Shown: positions 13,101 to 26,559 of the stretch, piece after piece | How the letters are laid out: every line of letters begins with the position of its first letter | Position numbering within the stretch: the first letter of the stretch is position 1 | Assembly (NCBI GenBank): GCA_051941275.1 | Contig: JAVEBF010000028.1 | Span: 1 to 46,708, forward strand | Length of the DNA stretch: 46,708 nucleotides | Direction: 5' to 3' | From: Dirinaria sp. TL-2023a | Taxonomy: Eukaryota | Translations under genes and position numbers: made by a program | The notes under the pieces: model-generated | Told to the model about the DNA's origin: nothing | Seen by the model: only the letters and a program-made list of their open reading frames with translations | Database searches by the model: none

Positions 13101-16100
13101 CCCATTGCACAAGCGGGCCACAAGCCTTGCTGGCACGGTTGACCTTTTCGTAAGTGAAATCTTCTTTGGATAGGAAATCACTTTGCATCCTCGAGCGATG
13201 AGTCCGCGTCATTTGCTTCTCGTTATCATAGCCTACAATGCTTGCTATGAAATCGTCGCGTCGTACGATGCCTTGGATGGTTCTCCAATTGTCGACCTTA
13301 TGACCGAGCAATGTGCAAACAGCTTCAAGCGCTAATTTGACTCCTGCAGGCGGATTTCCCATTGATCGCACCTCAGTCAAATGTTGGCGCTTGATATTGC
13401 TAACACTTTCCTGAGCACTCAGGACCGCAGGTTCTGCTTTCTCTAAATCGGCGTTGACGACTTCTTTTCGCCTTGCAACCTCTTCTTCCTGCTTATCCAG
13501 GTTTTCCTGAATCCTCAGCGACGCTGCTTTACGCTGCTCAGCTGCGCGCTGGTCCGCAATCATGCGTTGTAATTTTTCATTGGCCTCAGCATCCTTCTTC
13601 TCGAGCTGGGTTTTCTTCTGCGCTAGGCTTCTTCGCAGGTCCTTCACTTTATCTACTGTTTCCCTTAACTTTTCCAACCCAACATTGAGGTGACGTTGCT
13701 GCTCTTCGAGGTTATCGCGCTTCTCATGGAAGAGGCGAACGCACTGCGCAACAAAGTCAAGGTAATGCCGAGGCGTTAAGTAAGTCAGTCGATTTTGCTG
13801 CGTTAGCAACCGCTGATTGAAGACCCGCATTGATTGATGGATATAAACCATCGCATTTACCACCGTTTCTCGATGGGAGGGAGGAAGAGAGAGGTCTCCG
13901 AACGCGATGGGCATCGTGTCTGGGGCAGCGAAATTTGGGCGATCCAGGTCGACCGCTTGTGTTAGTTCATTAGCGGCTTGGAAAAGTGCTTGATCAGACC
14001 AGTCGCCAAACCAGTTCAGAACACAGCGGTTAAACAACGCCGGGCTTGTCGCAGCTTTCGAGGCTAATCCGTCTTCTGGTGGATTCATTGTAAAGACTAC
14101 ATGAAGGTTTCTGACAATCTGCTGTGAAAACCATTTATATAGCTCCTCCTGGGAGTCCAAGAGGAGACCTTGTCGTTGAGCGCCCTCTTTACACGCAGTC
14201 ATTAAGGCCGAGAACTCGTCCCCTTCGAATAGACCAGGAACTTCGGCATTAGCGAGCAAGGTATTCATCCGCTCGAGGAAGCCTGAATCCAAGACATTTG
14301 ACTCGTCCATAATGAAACAGATTTTCTCACCCTTGCATCCGGAACGACGCAATACATCTCGCAAATCGTCATCAAAATCCTCGGCAGAGTATTTGCCGTG
14401 TACTTTGATTTGGAAAACTTTTAATCCGTTCATCCAGGCAACGAATCGCGAGAGGGTAGTTTTACCGCTGCCACTGACCCCGATGAGGATAAGGTGGCCC
14501 TGTGGCTGACGGAAGACCCTATCAATCCGTAGAACATGCTCGAGGACGTCGTTGAATAAGATCAAGGGCACGTCTACCTCCTCTTCACAAAAAGTTTTCA
14601 GCCTCGCTTTTACAAAGTCTCGTAATTGCTCGCGATCGACGGGCACATAATTCTTCGAAAGCCAGTTTGAGAAAAGAATTGGGTCCTTGAGTGCAATGTC
14701 ATGGTCGATGACTGGGAACTGTTCCAGGGCAACGCTTCGTACGAGTTCTCTGGTCCATCTTCGTTCGTCTTCGACGACAAGACGGTCCTGGAATAGTCTC
14801 AGGGCCTCGTGAGCCCAAATTCTGACAAGCCCCTCGATCGTAAGGGTCTCCAGTGGCTTTATAGCCTCGTAGATGCCACGAACCCATCGAGTCAATTCTC
14901 GTGGGGAGTAGACATAATGTGGTTGTATCGTCGGCGTGAAGCGTGTTTGTGATGCGAGGTAGAATTGCACCATTGCCTTCGTGATAGCTTCGGAATAGCC
15001 TCTTAGATTTGGGACGATTTTGAGTATAGCACTGGTGAAAGTCCCATAAATCTGATGCAGTGAAAGCTCCGCAGGGTAGTCAACCATGATTAATGGAGCA
15101 TGCCGAAGGAAACGCGCACCCATCGCTGATCGGCCAGCATCCGTAGGCGGATTGCAAGCCCCTACAAATTGAATGCGTTCAAGAGTAATCCAGACTTTGT
15201 CGGATGCCCTCCAGAAACCGTTCTGTTCGACTAGTTGCCTAAGGAAAGATATTGCTCGCTGTGTACCGTATTTGTCAGGAGCAGGAAGATTGATCTCATC
15301 GCAGAAGAGCACGAGCCACCTGCCAACCTGACTAGGAGACATTATGGTCCCTTTCAAGGTCTTTCGGTACTCACAATATTGGTCGAACGTTTTCAGAAGC
15401 AGTTCGGGAGTTGTAGCGCTTGAGAAATTAAGGGCAACGACTTCCATGTTGGGTAACTTGCGCAGGGCGCTGAACAAAGTCATCGTTTTGCCGGAACCTG
15501 GAGGACCACATAATATAACAGGCTTATGCTCTGAAATCCACGAATACAGCACGTCTTCGTGTCGGACCGTATCCAGCGTAGGGATGACCATGTCAGTCTC
15601 GGTAACTGAATGAGTATTGACCTCAACATCAGGCACCTGCGATTGCCATGGAGTCCAAGTGGCCTTCGGTAGCGAGACATCATAGTCTATCAAGGACGAA
15701 GTCGCCGTAAGGGATGGCACATCAAAAGTTGTAAGATCAGCGACATGATCTCCGAAAGACTTGCGTTCTAATACTGGACAGTCTCCTGCTAGAGCCCAGA
15801 CAAGAGCGGTCAGCGTTTTCTTCGAAATATACGACTCCAACTGTTCGTCGTCCAGTGGAAAGTCTTCATGTTGCATGTTATACTCTATGGCAGTCCTGCA
15901 AGCCTTATTGAGTAGCGAAAATAATGTGTTGAGCGCTCTGATTTCTGTGAATTGCATGATGTGAGGAAGGTTCCAAGCCCGCTCAAGAGCCTTGTGGAGA
16001 ATTCGATCTCTGCTAAAACATTTGCGCAGAAGACTTGCAGCGTGTGTCTGGACGCGTAGAGCCTGTGCGGATCCTGAACCGGCCGTTTCGTCTTCGAAAT

Positions 16101-19100
16101 CCTCGAACGCTGTAACTTCTAGATTTTGAAGGTAATTGTCCAATATCATGTCTGTAGAGACAGTATCGTTGCTGAACCAGACCATGCCGCAGCGGCTAAC
16201 AGTTGCAAGTGTTGCGTAGCGAAGGGTTTCTACTTCGAAGAGTATGCGAACGTTCGGAGGAAGATTAAGTCGTTCGCCGTTCGGGAGCGTAAGCAATTTG
16301 TTATCGTCTAGCACGCTGTTTAAATTTTCTACCCACTCAGGGTCGACGTCGCCGTCAAAGACAATCCAGTGCCGTTTTGTGTCTTCTCCGCGCAAGTTGT
16401 CCACAATCCGCCGCAAGATGCTCGTAAATAAACCATCGGTCCACTCGCGAGTTGTGCTGTCAAGGCTTCCATATAAAGCTTCTTTAGACATCACTTTCGA
16501 GTCGATGATGTGGTACACACTTTCGACACCCTCGATACGTTGCAGGGCTTGTATCAGCACTTGCCAAATCGCCGACTTGCCGGATCCTGAGTCACCGACC
16601 ATCATAATCCCATGATGGATTGTTTGGATCTGATATAGCTGAACGATTTTCGTCATCCAGACGTCGTTTACAGTCAAGTGTCGTTCGGACGACTCGAGCA
16701 GGATGGCTTTTCGTAAAGCCTCAACGTTAGCAGGGATGTATTTGATGTCGGGGAAAGCTTCCATCTCGAGGCGTTTCATTACGTCGACGTCGCTGCGGAC
16801 AAGCTTCGGGGCAATTGTTTCTCGGAGACTTTGTACGATGATCTGCGACTCCAGACTGTCTTCCACTTCTGCAAGCTCCTTGGCTTCATGAAGTCTGGAC
16901 CGCTTTAAACCGCCAGAACTGACCAGGACATTCTTTAGAGCTCGCAAACCAAAGTCGTAATGAGCTTGTTGCGTGAGCTGCAAGGCGCATGCGTCAAAGA
17001 AAGGTACCGTCTGCCTTGATAATTTTTTCGCTTCCTTGAATCCTTGGGAGTACAGCATCACTTCAGCAATTAGCTCTTTGTCAGGCTTCGACATGGCCAC
17101 GCTGCGGAATAATTTTTTGAGGTTATCAGGAAGATTCGAGCGCCCTGCGTAACCGGGATTCATAGTTATGAAAATGCCTGTATTGGGATTGACTGAGAAT
17201 TGCCTTTCTGCCAGTTCAATCGACGAATTGCCATCATCGGCACCTCGTCTCAAGCCAATTTGGATATTTTGGACTTGCTGGGATACTGCAGACAATATGC
17301 GCTCTTCCAAGCGATTGAATTCGTCGAAGCAACCCCATGCGCCTACCCGACAAATGCCTAAGAAGATACGTCCCATTGCTTGAAAATCAAACGTGTCATC
17401 ACAGCAAAATACAAGCGTAAATCTGCCAAGCTGTATCCCAAGAGCTTTGACAGATTCCGTTTTGCCAGTCCCTGCTGGACCGTAGGGTGATCCACCAAGG
17501 CGCTGCGCCATTGCTTGAGTGAGTGTGAGAAAGCAGCGGTCCGTCAGAGGTGTCCGCACAAGTCTTTCCGCCACACCGAGATACTCGAATCCATATTGGA
17601 GGTCTGCGTTCGCCATTCTGATGCGCAGCCTGGAAATTGGTTCGCCCTCTGACTTGTAAGCGTACCGCATCTGAATTAGCCACAGATAGTGTGTGGGTGT
17701 GGAGGCGTTGGCTTTGACTAGTCTTTCTATGATATCGCGCTGATGTACGAATTCGGTGATGAGGTGTTCGCATTTTCGCCTCGTCAAAATATCAAGCTCC
17801 CTAAGTACTGTGGATGCGAGGAGTTCGAGGAATTTGACCTGAACATGGTGCAAGTTCTGCAAACCATCTCCATCTGACGCTAAGCATGCCTCGATGGAAG
17901 ACGTCCAGACCACTTGTGTGGCGAGGACCACGACCTGAGCCGGAAAGCTGGATAGGTAGAGTTGGAAGGACTCTGAATTGATTTCTTGAGACTCGGAAAG
18001 CGATTGGTACATAACTATAGCTTCGCCAAGGAGCTCGGCTAGAGTAGCCTTCATGTTATTTTCTAGTGCCGCAAGCCAATCGTTGATCCTCGGCATTTTC
18101 ACTAAGGAGATTTGCTTTTTCAATCGGACCTCTTCACCTTCTTTAGATTTGAATCCAGTGATATTGGACTCCGGATCCACGACTAAACTCGACAAGCCGG
18201 CAAACATCTTCCTAAAGTGCTTAGAAATCCGCAAGGTATCGTTACTATTACCAATGATCTCCAAAAGGTCCTCGTCACCCACAAAATAGAACCGAGGAAA
18301 GGACATCCGCTCCCGCTCGAGGTATTCGCCTAAAGCTTTTTGAATTTTGTTCAGTAGCTCCGCCAGACGTTCCAAAGATTTCTGCACGCCAGCAATGTTA
18401 AGGACATCCAGTACAAACGCTGACTTCTGGACCTTCTTCAAGACTGCAAAAAATTCCGAGTTGATGTTCTGGAATCGTGAAGTTTCGATGGGTAATAAAT
18501 GCTTAATGTCAGCATTTCCTGTGAAAACGCCTTCGAGGTAAACCCATTGCCTCTGTACATCAATCCAGACGTCAAACAAGACGTGTACACGGTTCAATTT
18601 ATCTTCCCATGAGGAAGCTTCATCCTCGAATTCTTTATAGTAGGGCGAGTGCCGCATTGCCTGGAGTGAATTCAGATTCTCACTGCATTTAGCAAAGAGG
18701 TCGTCCCAACCGCGGATAAGGCGGCATTTGTTCTGATAATTCACCAATTCCAAAGAGTAATTTTGCCAGGTTTCTCGTACCTGCCTCAAGAACTCTTCTA
18801 AAGCCATTTCTCCCTGTGCTTGCGCAATGATATCTCGAATGACGGGCTCACTGGCTGCAAGCTGCAGGTCCCAGACACTTCCAAGAGTTATTGACATTTG
18901 TGAGTATCTTTTACCAGGTCTTAAGGCTTTGAATATCTTGACCCAGTGACGTTCGCGGACAGCTTCTGACTTCATGTCGGAGAGCAATGGGTTGACTTTC
19001 AAAAGCTGCCGAAGGATTGACTGGATGTATTCAAAGGCAGCATATTGACGCATACGGCTGGGCATATCCTTGGTCATTTTTATCAAGCCATCGATAGCGC

Positions 19101-22100
19101 CACGCACTTTTCGAGGGTGTACCGCGTTCCAGAGGGTATCACGTAGATCGTTGAGGCTTTTCCAAATAGTCGATAGAGCAGCCCAGACCGACATAAAATC
19201 CTGTACCTCTTCAAGAACGTTTGGTAAAGTTAAGTCGGGGGATCCAGGGAGATCTAATGCTTCCTTGGCCTTGAAGACCATATCCGAATCGGACCGCAGT
19301 TGATTCAAGCGACTTTCGAAAGCGGCCAAGGTCGAAGAGGCTTCTTCCGGTGGAATATGTCCAGAGATAGGCTTCTCCTCATTCCACTGGGCTACTAATT
19401 CGCCAATTCGAGTACTGACAATTTTGTCTTCAGCCAAGATCTGAGCTCTGAGCGCGTCTGTCTGGTCTTCTACAATCTTGATTTTGCGGATTAACAGATC
19501 GTTCAGGGTAGTCCAGTCGTGGTCCAGCTGATCCACGAATAACCAATCAGAAGCAAATTGATAACGTTGCCGCGTCAGAAGAGTCTGGCCTTGACGAGAG
19601 ATTTCAATCTCTGGCGCCCACGCTTCTACTTTACGTTTGCATTGCTGGACGACTGTGATGAAAGATACCGCCTGAGCTGTCGATGAAGCTTCGAGCGCCT
19701 GGCCTTCAAGGTCTCTACGAGCTTTACCAATATCCACATACAACTCTCTCATGCGGTTCCCAAGTCTTGTTGCGAACTTTCGAAGTAAATCATACTGCCA
19801 CTGATCATATTTAGCATTGACTTTCGTTTGCACTTGCTCATAGTCGATCGTGACACTTCCGAATGAATAGTGAGACTCTGATGTATCGAAAGTCGACCGA
19901 GCCTTTCGGATCTCCTGTAACAGCCGAAGCCAATTTGCCAAATCGTCCCCCAAGAGATCGTAAACTTGTTCAGACTGCAAGTCCCATAGAGACTGGAACT
20001 GCAACCACTTATCCACGTATTTGGTAATCTCGTCAATCTGGACTTCGATGACTTTATACACACGAGCTATGTCGGTCATACACTGCCCTGGCAAATACGT
20101 GAAGCGCTGCTGTGAGTATGAGTTGCCTGCGACATCGACGCTCATCTCGTAACGCGAAGACACAATAAGCGGAAGATTGCAAACAACCCCAAGCCAATGG
20201 TGCAATTGAGATAGCCAGCTGGCGCGTGCAAATTCGACGGGAGGGTCCAAATATATGACCTGGTTGCGCATGGATATTTCATGCACGAGAAGGTGTAAGT
20301 CAGGCTTATTGACTGCTTCGTCGTCATCCGACGTGGCTCGCGTACGAGTATTACGGTCGCCAATATCGCTGGTTCGAGGCCTAGAAAACGTATCAATCCA
20401 GACTTCGACGGCATTGCGCATTCGTCGGCTGAGGATGGTCTCGATGCCTCTGTTGATTTGCTTGACCCAAAAGCGTAGATTGGAATAATTCTCCAAATTA
20501 AGTTGGTCTACGGCCGTTTGAATCGTATCCAGTTTAGCACTGAAAGCTGGAGCGTTATAGGGGCAATCCTCAAGGCCAGACATTGCGATCGAAATCGTGC
20601 TGTCAATGTCTTGCAAAGTTGAAGCCTTGGTTTGTAAAATAGATGCAGTAGCCGCGAAGTCCCTCACAAATTGGACGTGTTTGCTTTCAGCTTTGCCACT
20701 AGAGGCTGATCGGACAGAGTCATTCGATGCAAAAGGAGTCTGTTTAATATGCAGGTCATAAGAATGAACAAAGGATTCCCACTTAAGTGGAACCCCTTTT
20801 CGAACGAGACTTTGTACCTCCTGCTGATAGCCATTCAGCAGTATCGACACTCTGGACATTGAATCAATGACCCTTATAGTTTGCGACAAGCTTCGGACAC
20901 TGTCCATCAAGCTGACTGCGAAAGGATAGACACGTTTAGCATCCTTTGATACCGTATTGATGGCATGTGGTATTTGATAGCCTAGCCACACAAGGTTCCT
21001 CACCTCTTTAAAAAGAGCAATAACTTGGTGGTCGAAATTAACTGTCAATTCTAACGTATTAGCCAGCGACCGATTCCGTTGGACATCGAAGAGTCTGCCT
21101 GCGATAGATATGCGGCGTCTAGTGACATCGTGGAGCCAGGATTCAAAAATGGGTCTGGTATTGAGCTTTTGGCGGAACATGTTACTTTCAGCCTCCAATT
21201 TCTGCCCTTCCGAATGAAGAGCCCAGTCCTGACCCAAGACATGCTCCACTCTTTGCATGTATCCCTCCAGTTGCCTCTCGATCTGACGAGCCCAGGTGAT
21301 CGCACCTGCCACCGGAGGAAGATCTCGGAGTTGTGCCATAGCGTGAGCTTCAGAATTCCCATACTGATGTTTGAATCGGTCGTGAAGTGCAGCAATGTCC
21401 AGCTTGACCTTCTCAATAAGTTGGGACTGATACTCGCCAATTGCGCCGCGGATTTTTGGTCGAACGAACAAGGCATTGAACTTCGAAAATACTCGAAACA
21501 TTTCATTGGCTGTTTTTGCAGTTGCCAGTCGGTCCCTAAGACGAGCAATAATCGAGTTCTCTACCCTCGACGTGCGTTCATTGTAGATCATCTCCGCTTG
21601 TACCCAGATCTGAGTGCCTTCTGGGGAGACGTCTAAAACGTTGACATCTTTGAGCGCTGTATATGCCTGCGCCACCTCCTCAACCGCGTCTACATCACCA
21701 ATCTCTTCGATCAGCACGACTTGATCGTGTTGGGATTCTTCCAGAGGCATCAGACCAGAGCTTTTCGCGCCCAAGACAGTGACTATTGTTCGTTGAAGCT
21801 GCTCATGATTGACTCGAAATGTTTTGATGTAGTTCAGTCGGTCCTGGGTCTCAGTGTGCTTGGGCTTCACCTTAATGGGGATGAATTTTTCGGCTCTTCG
21901 GCGGGTGACTTCTCGAGCTACACTCGTAAATTCTTTGATGCTCTCGTCCCATGTTCTCCAAATGCTGTCTGCAGTGTGCAATACATCTTGAAATTCTTTG
22001 AATGAAAGATGCATGAGCGTTCGACCGTGCAGAAGAGAATGAAGCTGTGAATCAAGATCACCCGATATTGCCTCGACCAACGGTAAGGCACGAGAAATTG

Positions 22101-23331
22101 GATACGCACATATGCGCAATTTCTTGTTAATATGGTTGAATATAGAGATCAAAGCTTCTTCCACTCTTTGCAACGAAGTTGCAGCTAGAAGTTCGTCCAA
22201 CGGAAAGTCTCGCATAAGCTTATTGTATTCCTGCACCCTATCCGAGGCATCTTTAAGACCTGTGTCAGTAGTGAAACTGACAGTCGTCTGGAACCGTTTT
22301 GCTTGTTTCAGTATGTCCATGACCAGCTGAACTCCAAGACTCCGTAATTGCACTTCAATATTTTCCAATGCCGACTCCATTGAGATCCAAAAGTTTATCT
22401 CCTGCCCCGCAGAGCCCCGAGCTGGGTCACGCGACATCTCAGTGATAGCTTGTATAGATTTAATCCAGCTGTTTACTGTTGTCTGAACGTCGTTGACGAA
22501 CCTGCTGTCTGATATGAGCTCGGGAGGTATTGAGTCCACGGAAGGTCTTGCACCATCGGCGGCAGCTGAATCGATGGCGTCTTGGACAACTTCAGGAAGC
22601 GGCAATACCAACTCGGGTATCTCAATGTTTTGCTGCAAGTGGAGTAGACTCAATTCTAATTCGGCAATCTTCTTCTTGGTTGACGGTACTCCGGTTTTGG
22701 TGTCGGATTCGGATCGACCTTTGCTATTGGATGCTTGATCCTGGGTATAAGCGTTGAAGTAGGGCGATAAGGCATGATGTATAATAGAGTGCAAGACTTC
22801 AAAGGGGGAGGCGGCCGTGTTTTGTGCTCGGTTGTTTTCTTGGAAAACGGTCGAGCCAGGCAAATTGATGACGTGGACTTGCGAAGGAAGCGGTATTTTT
22901 GGGTCTATAGGTTGTGGGCGCTTGATGAGCGCAACCGAAGCAACAGTGGAAGGTGAGTATGAGATCTCAGAAGACAGCACGTAATTGTATCGTAAAATTT
23001 CTAGTTGTGGCATCAGCGTGTTTTCAAGCAGCCATCTGGTATTCGAACCTGGTCTCTCCTGGTTTCCATTCATGAGTTCTACGGTTTGGGAAATTTTCTG
23101 TACGTAGAGAGCAACCTGCGACTCCGAAGCGAAGCGTGTACATCGTTGTATAGTTTCTTCTCGTTTTGTGTCGGATAGTAGACTTCCAGCTTGCTCCAAG
23201 TCCTCTGGAGATGCACCCAAGGTCACTTCGAGTAGGTCCACAAGGTGCTGAACGACAAGGTTAGGGTCCACAGCCATGAGTGGCTCTGAGGACAGCCCAT
23301 GCCCATTAACCCCAGGGGAAGCCACCTCCAT
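10167..23331 (-). CDS. DYN1: Cytoplasmic dynein heavy chain (NudA/Dyn1/DHC1), about 4355 aa, 3 exons
   Basis: 4218-aa ORF plus a terminal exon. Intron 10659-10707 (GTGAGT...CTGAC...CAG) joins FNDSD|YECAAF. A probable 48-nt intron lies at 23001-23048. Four P-loops: [32 protein letters not shown]. Also [25 protein letters not shown] and a stalk coiled coil. The short C-terminus after AAA6 is fungal-type. Confidence 0.98.
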
Positions 23332-23527
23332 GCTGGGAAATGCATATGTATGCTACTTGAGGTGTGTCATTTTTAAGCTAGACGCAGCATCCATCTGAGC
23401 CCTGTTCCGAGATGCCCGATAGCTAGAGTATGCAGGATGTAATTTCCTGTTGAAGCGTCTTTCGTTTTGAGGGAAGTGGTGATGAGGCGACGCGCTGAGC
23501 GCGCTAAGCTACCTACGCTCGCTAAGG

Positions 23528-23607
23528 CAAGGTACGTTACCTTGGCTTTTTAGGGTATCTGAAGGCGAACCCTAAGGTAAGGTATGATACCTACGGTACC
23601 TTACCTT
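23528..23607. promoter_or_regulatory. Cluster of AAGGTA/TACCTT inverted repeats in the dynein promoter region (candidate cis-element)
   Basis: caaggta-cgt-taccttg at 23528-23544, and a perfect 11-bp inverted repeat aaggtaaggta (23574-23584) / taccttacctt (23597-23607), about 200-275 bp upstream of the dynein ATG. Function is inferred only. Confidence 0.45.
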
Positions 23608-23919
23608 GCCTGAGCATATAGTACTCGTACATGCAGAGCTTCTGGGTTTCGGATTACATGTCTGTAGTATTTAAGGACAAACTACATTTACCGAAACTCA
23701 TAGAGGACCATGTACTTTGGAGCAGCGCTCTCTAGCAATTCGAAAGTATGGCGTGAGATTTCCAAAATTTCAAAATCTTGACGTGAATCCAGTATACTCT
23801 AAAGCTATCTACACAAAAACAAGCTGGCATGTAAAGACGGCAAAGCAAGGGTGTAGCGAAGTCCAATATTCTTGAGCATCATCATATGACGATGTTGGTT
23901 CAAGAAACCAAATTAGCCC

Positions 23920-25299
23920 TTAAGATATAAAGGTCGCTTCTGAAAAAAGGTCACCTTCTTCCACATGTTCCACACCGTCAATACTGATCCTCAACGAAAG
24001 CTTTTTCTGAGGTGCATACTGATCCTATTAGCAGACTGAACAGTGTTGCGATCCATCAGGCACTCAAGACGTACCTGGTAGATGTAAGGTTTAGTGCCTG
24101 CCACATTTCCGACTATTGCTTTAACGAAGCCCGGAACTTTTGCCATGACGTCGACCCTATCAAGACGCTTGCCCAAGTCGCCTTTGATTTCAGCCGACAC
24201 AAGCGCTCCTGCTTCTGTTTTCCCACTCCATAGAAATCTCACAGCCCCTGGTTCGGGCCAATCGTTTTCGGGATCGCCCTTCACTTCCGTATGTTCGGCA
24301 GAATTCGATGCTCCGGCGCAAATGATCTCACCATCCCGTGCAATACCTCCTACGTTGACCACGGTTGAGCCGTACGATGGCGGGGTGGTGAATTCCATCA
24401 TAACTGCTGAGAAAGTAGGAGTCTGGAAATCGACGAAATTCCACTTCGCGGCTACGAAGTATTAGCCTGTTCGCTTTACTCATTGCGCTTCCTGGTCCAG
24501 GATAGAGTGATTGCTTACCTGCATGATGAGGCTTCATTCCTTGCAAAGCATGTACGAAGAATCCCCGCCCTTTAAAATCTACGTCCCCTGAGCTAGTGGC
24601 AATAGTACCTTCAACCTCACACCGAGGCCAGAAGGCATGTTTCATCGAGCCCCAGGGATGGTCCAAGTCTGTTCCAAAATATGTCTTGCCGTCCTGGCCG
24701 ACATGAAATCCCGGTGCCGCCCGTGTCACAGTTATGTTGACTATACTGGCTTCATTGACAACCGACTTGACGGTATAAGTATCTCCCCCCTCATTCAGCG
24801 AAATAGCGCACCCATCAGCGTAGAAGGACAGCTTTTGCTCGTCAAAGCCGTAGTTGTCGAGCGGATCGGACGACCAAAGGTTTGAATGGTCTCGATCAGG
24901 ATAGAATATTTTCGTGTTAAACTGGCAAGTAGTGCGTATGCCACTATTTGGAGCGACCTGGGTCAGTCCTTCCTCAGTCGGTCGGTATGGCTTGAGGTCT
25001 CACGCAACGTTACTGTAGATCACTTGGGCCATTCCAATATGCCCCTTATCGGCCATGAAATAGAAAGTCTGGGTTTCGACACATGTACTATCCATAGCCG
25101 CCCACTTCAAATGCTCTTTTCGTAGCTCGGTCCAAGGCACAGTTTCTGCTTGTTTGGCGACGGAGCGAATCGCAGATGGTCCATAGATGGGCTCTTGAGT
25201 ACCGGCAACATTCGCTACTCTAGGCCCTTTAGCACGCATCGTACGATTGAAGATCGAACCGAGAAGGGACAAGACTGACTTCTGCTTGATCCAATCCAT
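23920..25299 (-). CDS. SVF1: Survival factor 1 (Svf1) family protein, about 378 aa, 5 exons
   Basis: Exons 25299-25280, 25219-25004, 24943-24519, 24451-24075 and 24018-23920, in frame. Motifs [54 protein letters not shown] and the C-terminal SEATFIS* are typical of Svf1. Confidence 0.92.
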
Positions 25300-26046
25300 A
25301 TTGATTGAGACCTTTCCGAGCGGCAATACCGTGGGAGGAGTGTAGAGTATCCAATTACGTATCCGAGCTGGACGGCCGGAGAGTAGGAATACTTTAGTTC
25401 AATCCCGATGGACAAAATAATTCGGACCGTAAGCCTACCCAAGAGCGTTAAGCAAATTTTGGTTCGCTTGTCTCCTTTACCAGTGGGAATTTATTCGATG
25501 TCAAGCCAAATTTTATCGTCTCATATTAATAAGAGACAGCGGAGTTTCGAACATGAAACTTGGTTAGCGCTTTCGGCTAGGCTTCCTTTACTATCTGCAG
25601 TAATTATGAAGGTTCACATGTGAAGCGCAGATGACAAGATCTACCGGCCCGTGCCGAACGAGCCAATTGATCAAGCGATGAGCGCGATGAACAATGGCGC
25701 CAAAAAAGCTTAAATGTAGGTCTCTCTTACGCACTCACGCGAGCCACGGTACTACAGTCCTGCTTCGTCGAAGTATGGAGGCAAGGTGCACCATCAACCT
25801 GTGCATATAGCTTACCTTAATTCCACTAGCTGCGGCAGACAGCGAGATCTCTTTGCTCACTTCGACATCCAGCCCATGCGAGTCACCAGCGGATAAGCTT
25901 GTTCAATACTTCAGACGGACACCTTTACGGAGCAAGTGCACCATCGCCACTGCTGGCTAGCTTACTTCGTGCTCGGTACATCTCAAGAACAGTGCAGAGC
26001 AATTCGCCACAACCTACCTGCTCCGTTCGGATACTTTGGATAGGCT

Positions 26047-26559
26047 ATGGCGCGCAAGAATTTGGCTACAGACCAGATCGTCAAGCTGATCGTGGGTGCC
26101 GGACAAGCTAGCCCTAGCCCTCCTGTGGGCCCTGCTTTGGGCAGTAAAGGCGTTAAAAGCATGGATTTCTGCAAAGTAAGGCTTCCACAGATATGGCTTA
26201 TTTTGATCGTGGACTGAGGTGTTCAGGAATTCAACGCAAGAACAGCACACATGACATCCGGCATTCCCATCCCCGCACGAGTCACAGTTCGTCCCGACCG
26301 CTCTTTCCATTTCGAGATTCGAACACCTACGACTGCCTACTTGCTTCTTCAAGCGGCTGGTGTAAAAGAAAGGAAAGGCAAAATAAGAGGAGCAGTGGAG
26401 CCCGGTAAGGAAAGCATTGGAGAGGTGTCCCTGAAGCATGTCTACGACATCGCGCAGATAAAGCAGTCCGAAGTCCGATTGTCGGGCTTAAGTCTCGTCG
26501 GACTTTGTAAGAGCGTGATATCGCAAGCCCGATCCATGGGCATCACAATCGTACCGTAG
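26047..26559 (+). CDS. MRPL19: Mitochondrial large ribosomal subunit protein uL11m (yeast MrpL19), 153 aa, 2 exons
   Basis: Exon 1 26047-26175 ([43 protein letters not shown]), intron 26176-26226, exon 2 26227-26559 ([40 protein letters not shown]). PPVGPALG and FCKEFNART are L11 signatures. Confidence 0.95.

Noticed and set aside
11691..22956. Many 60-185 aa ORFs nested in or antisense to dynein
   Set aside because: Shadow ORFs of a long coding sequence with no independent features.
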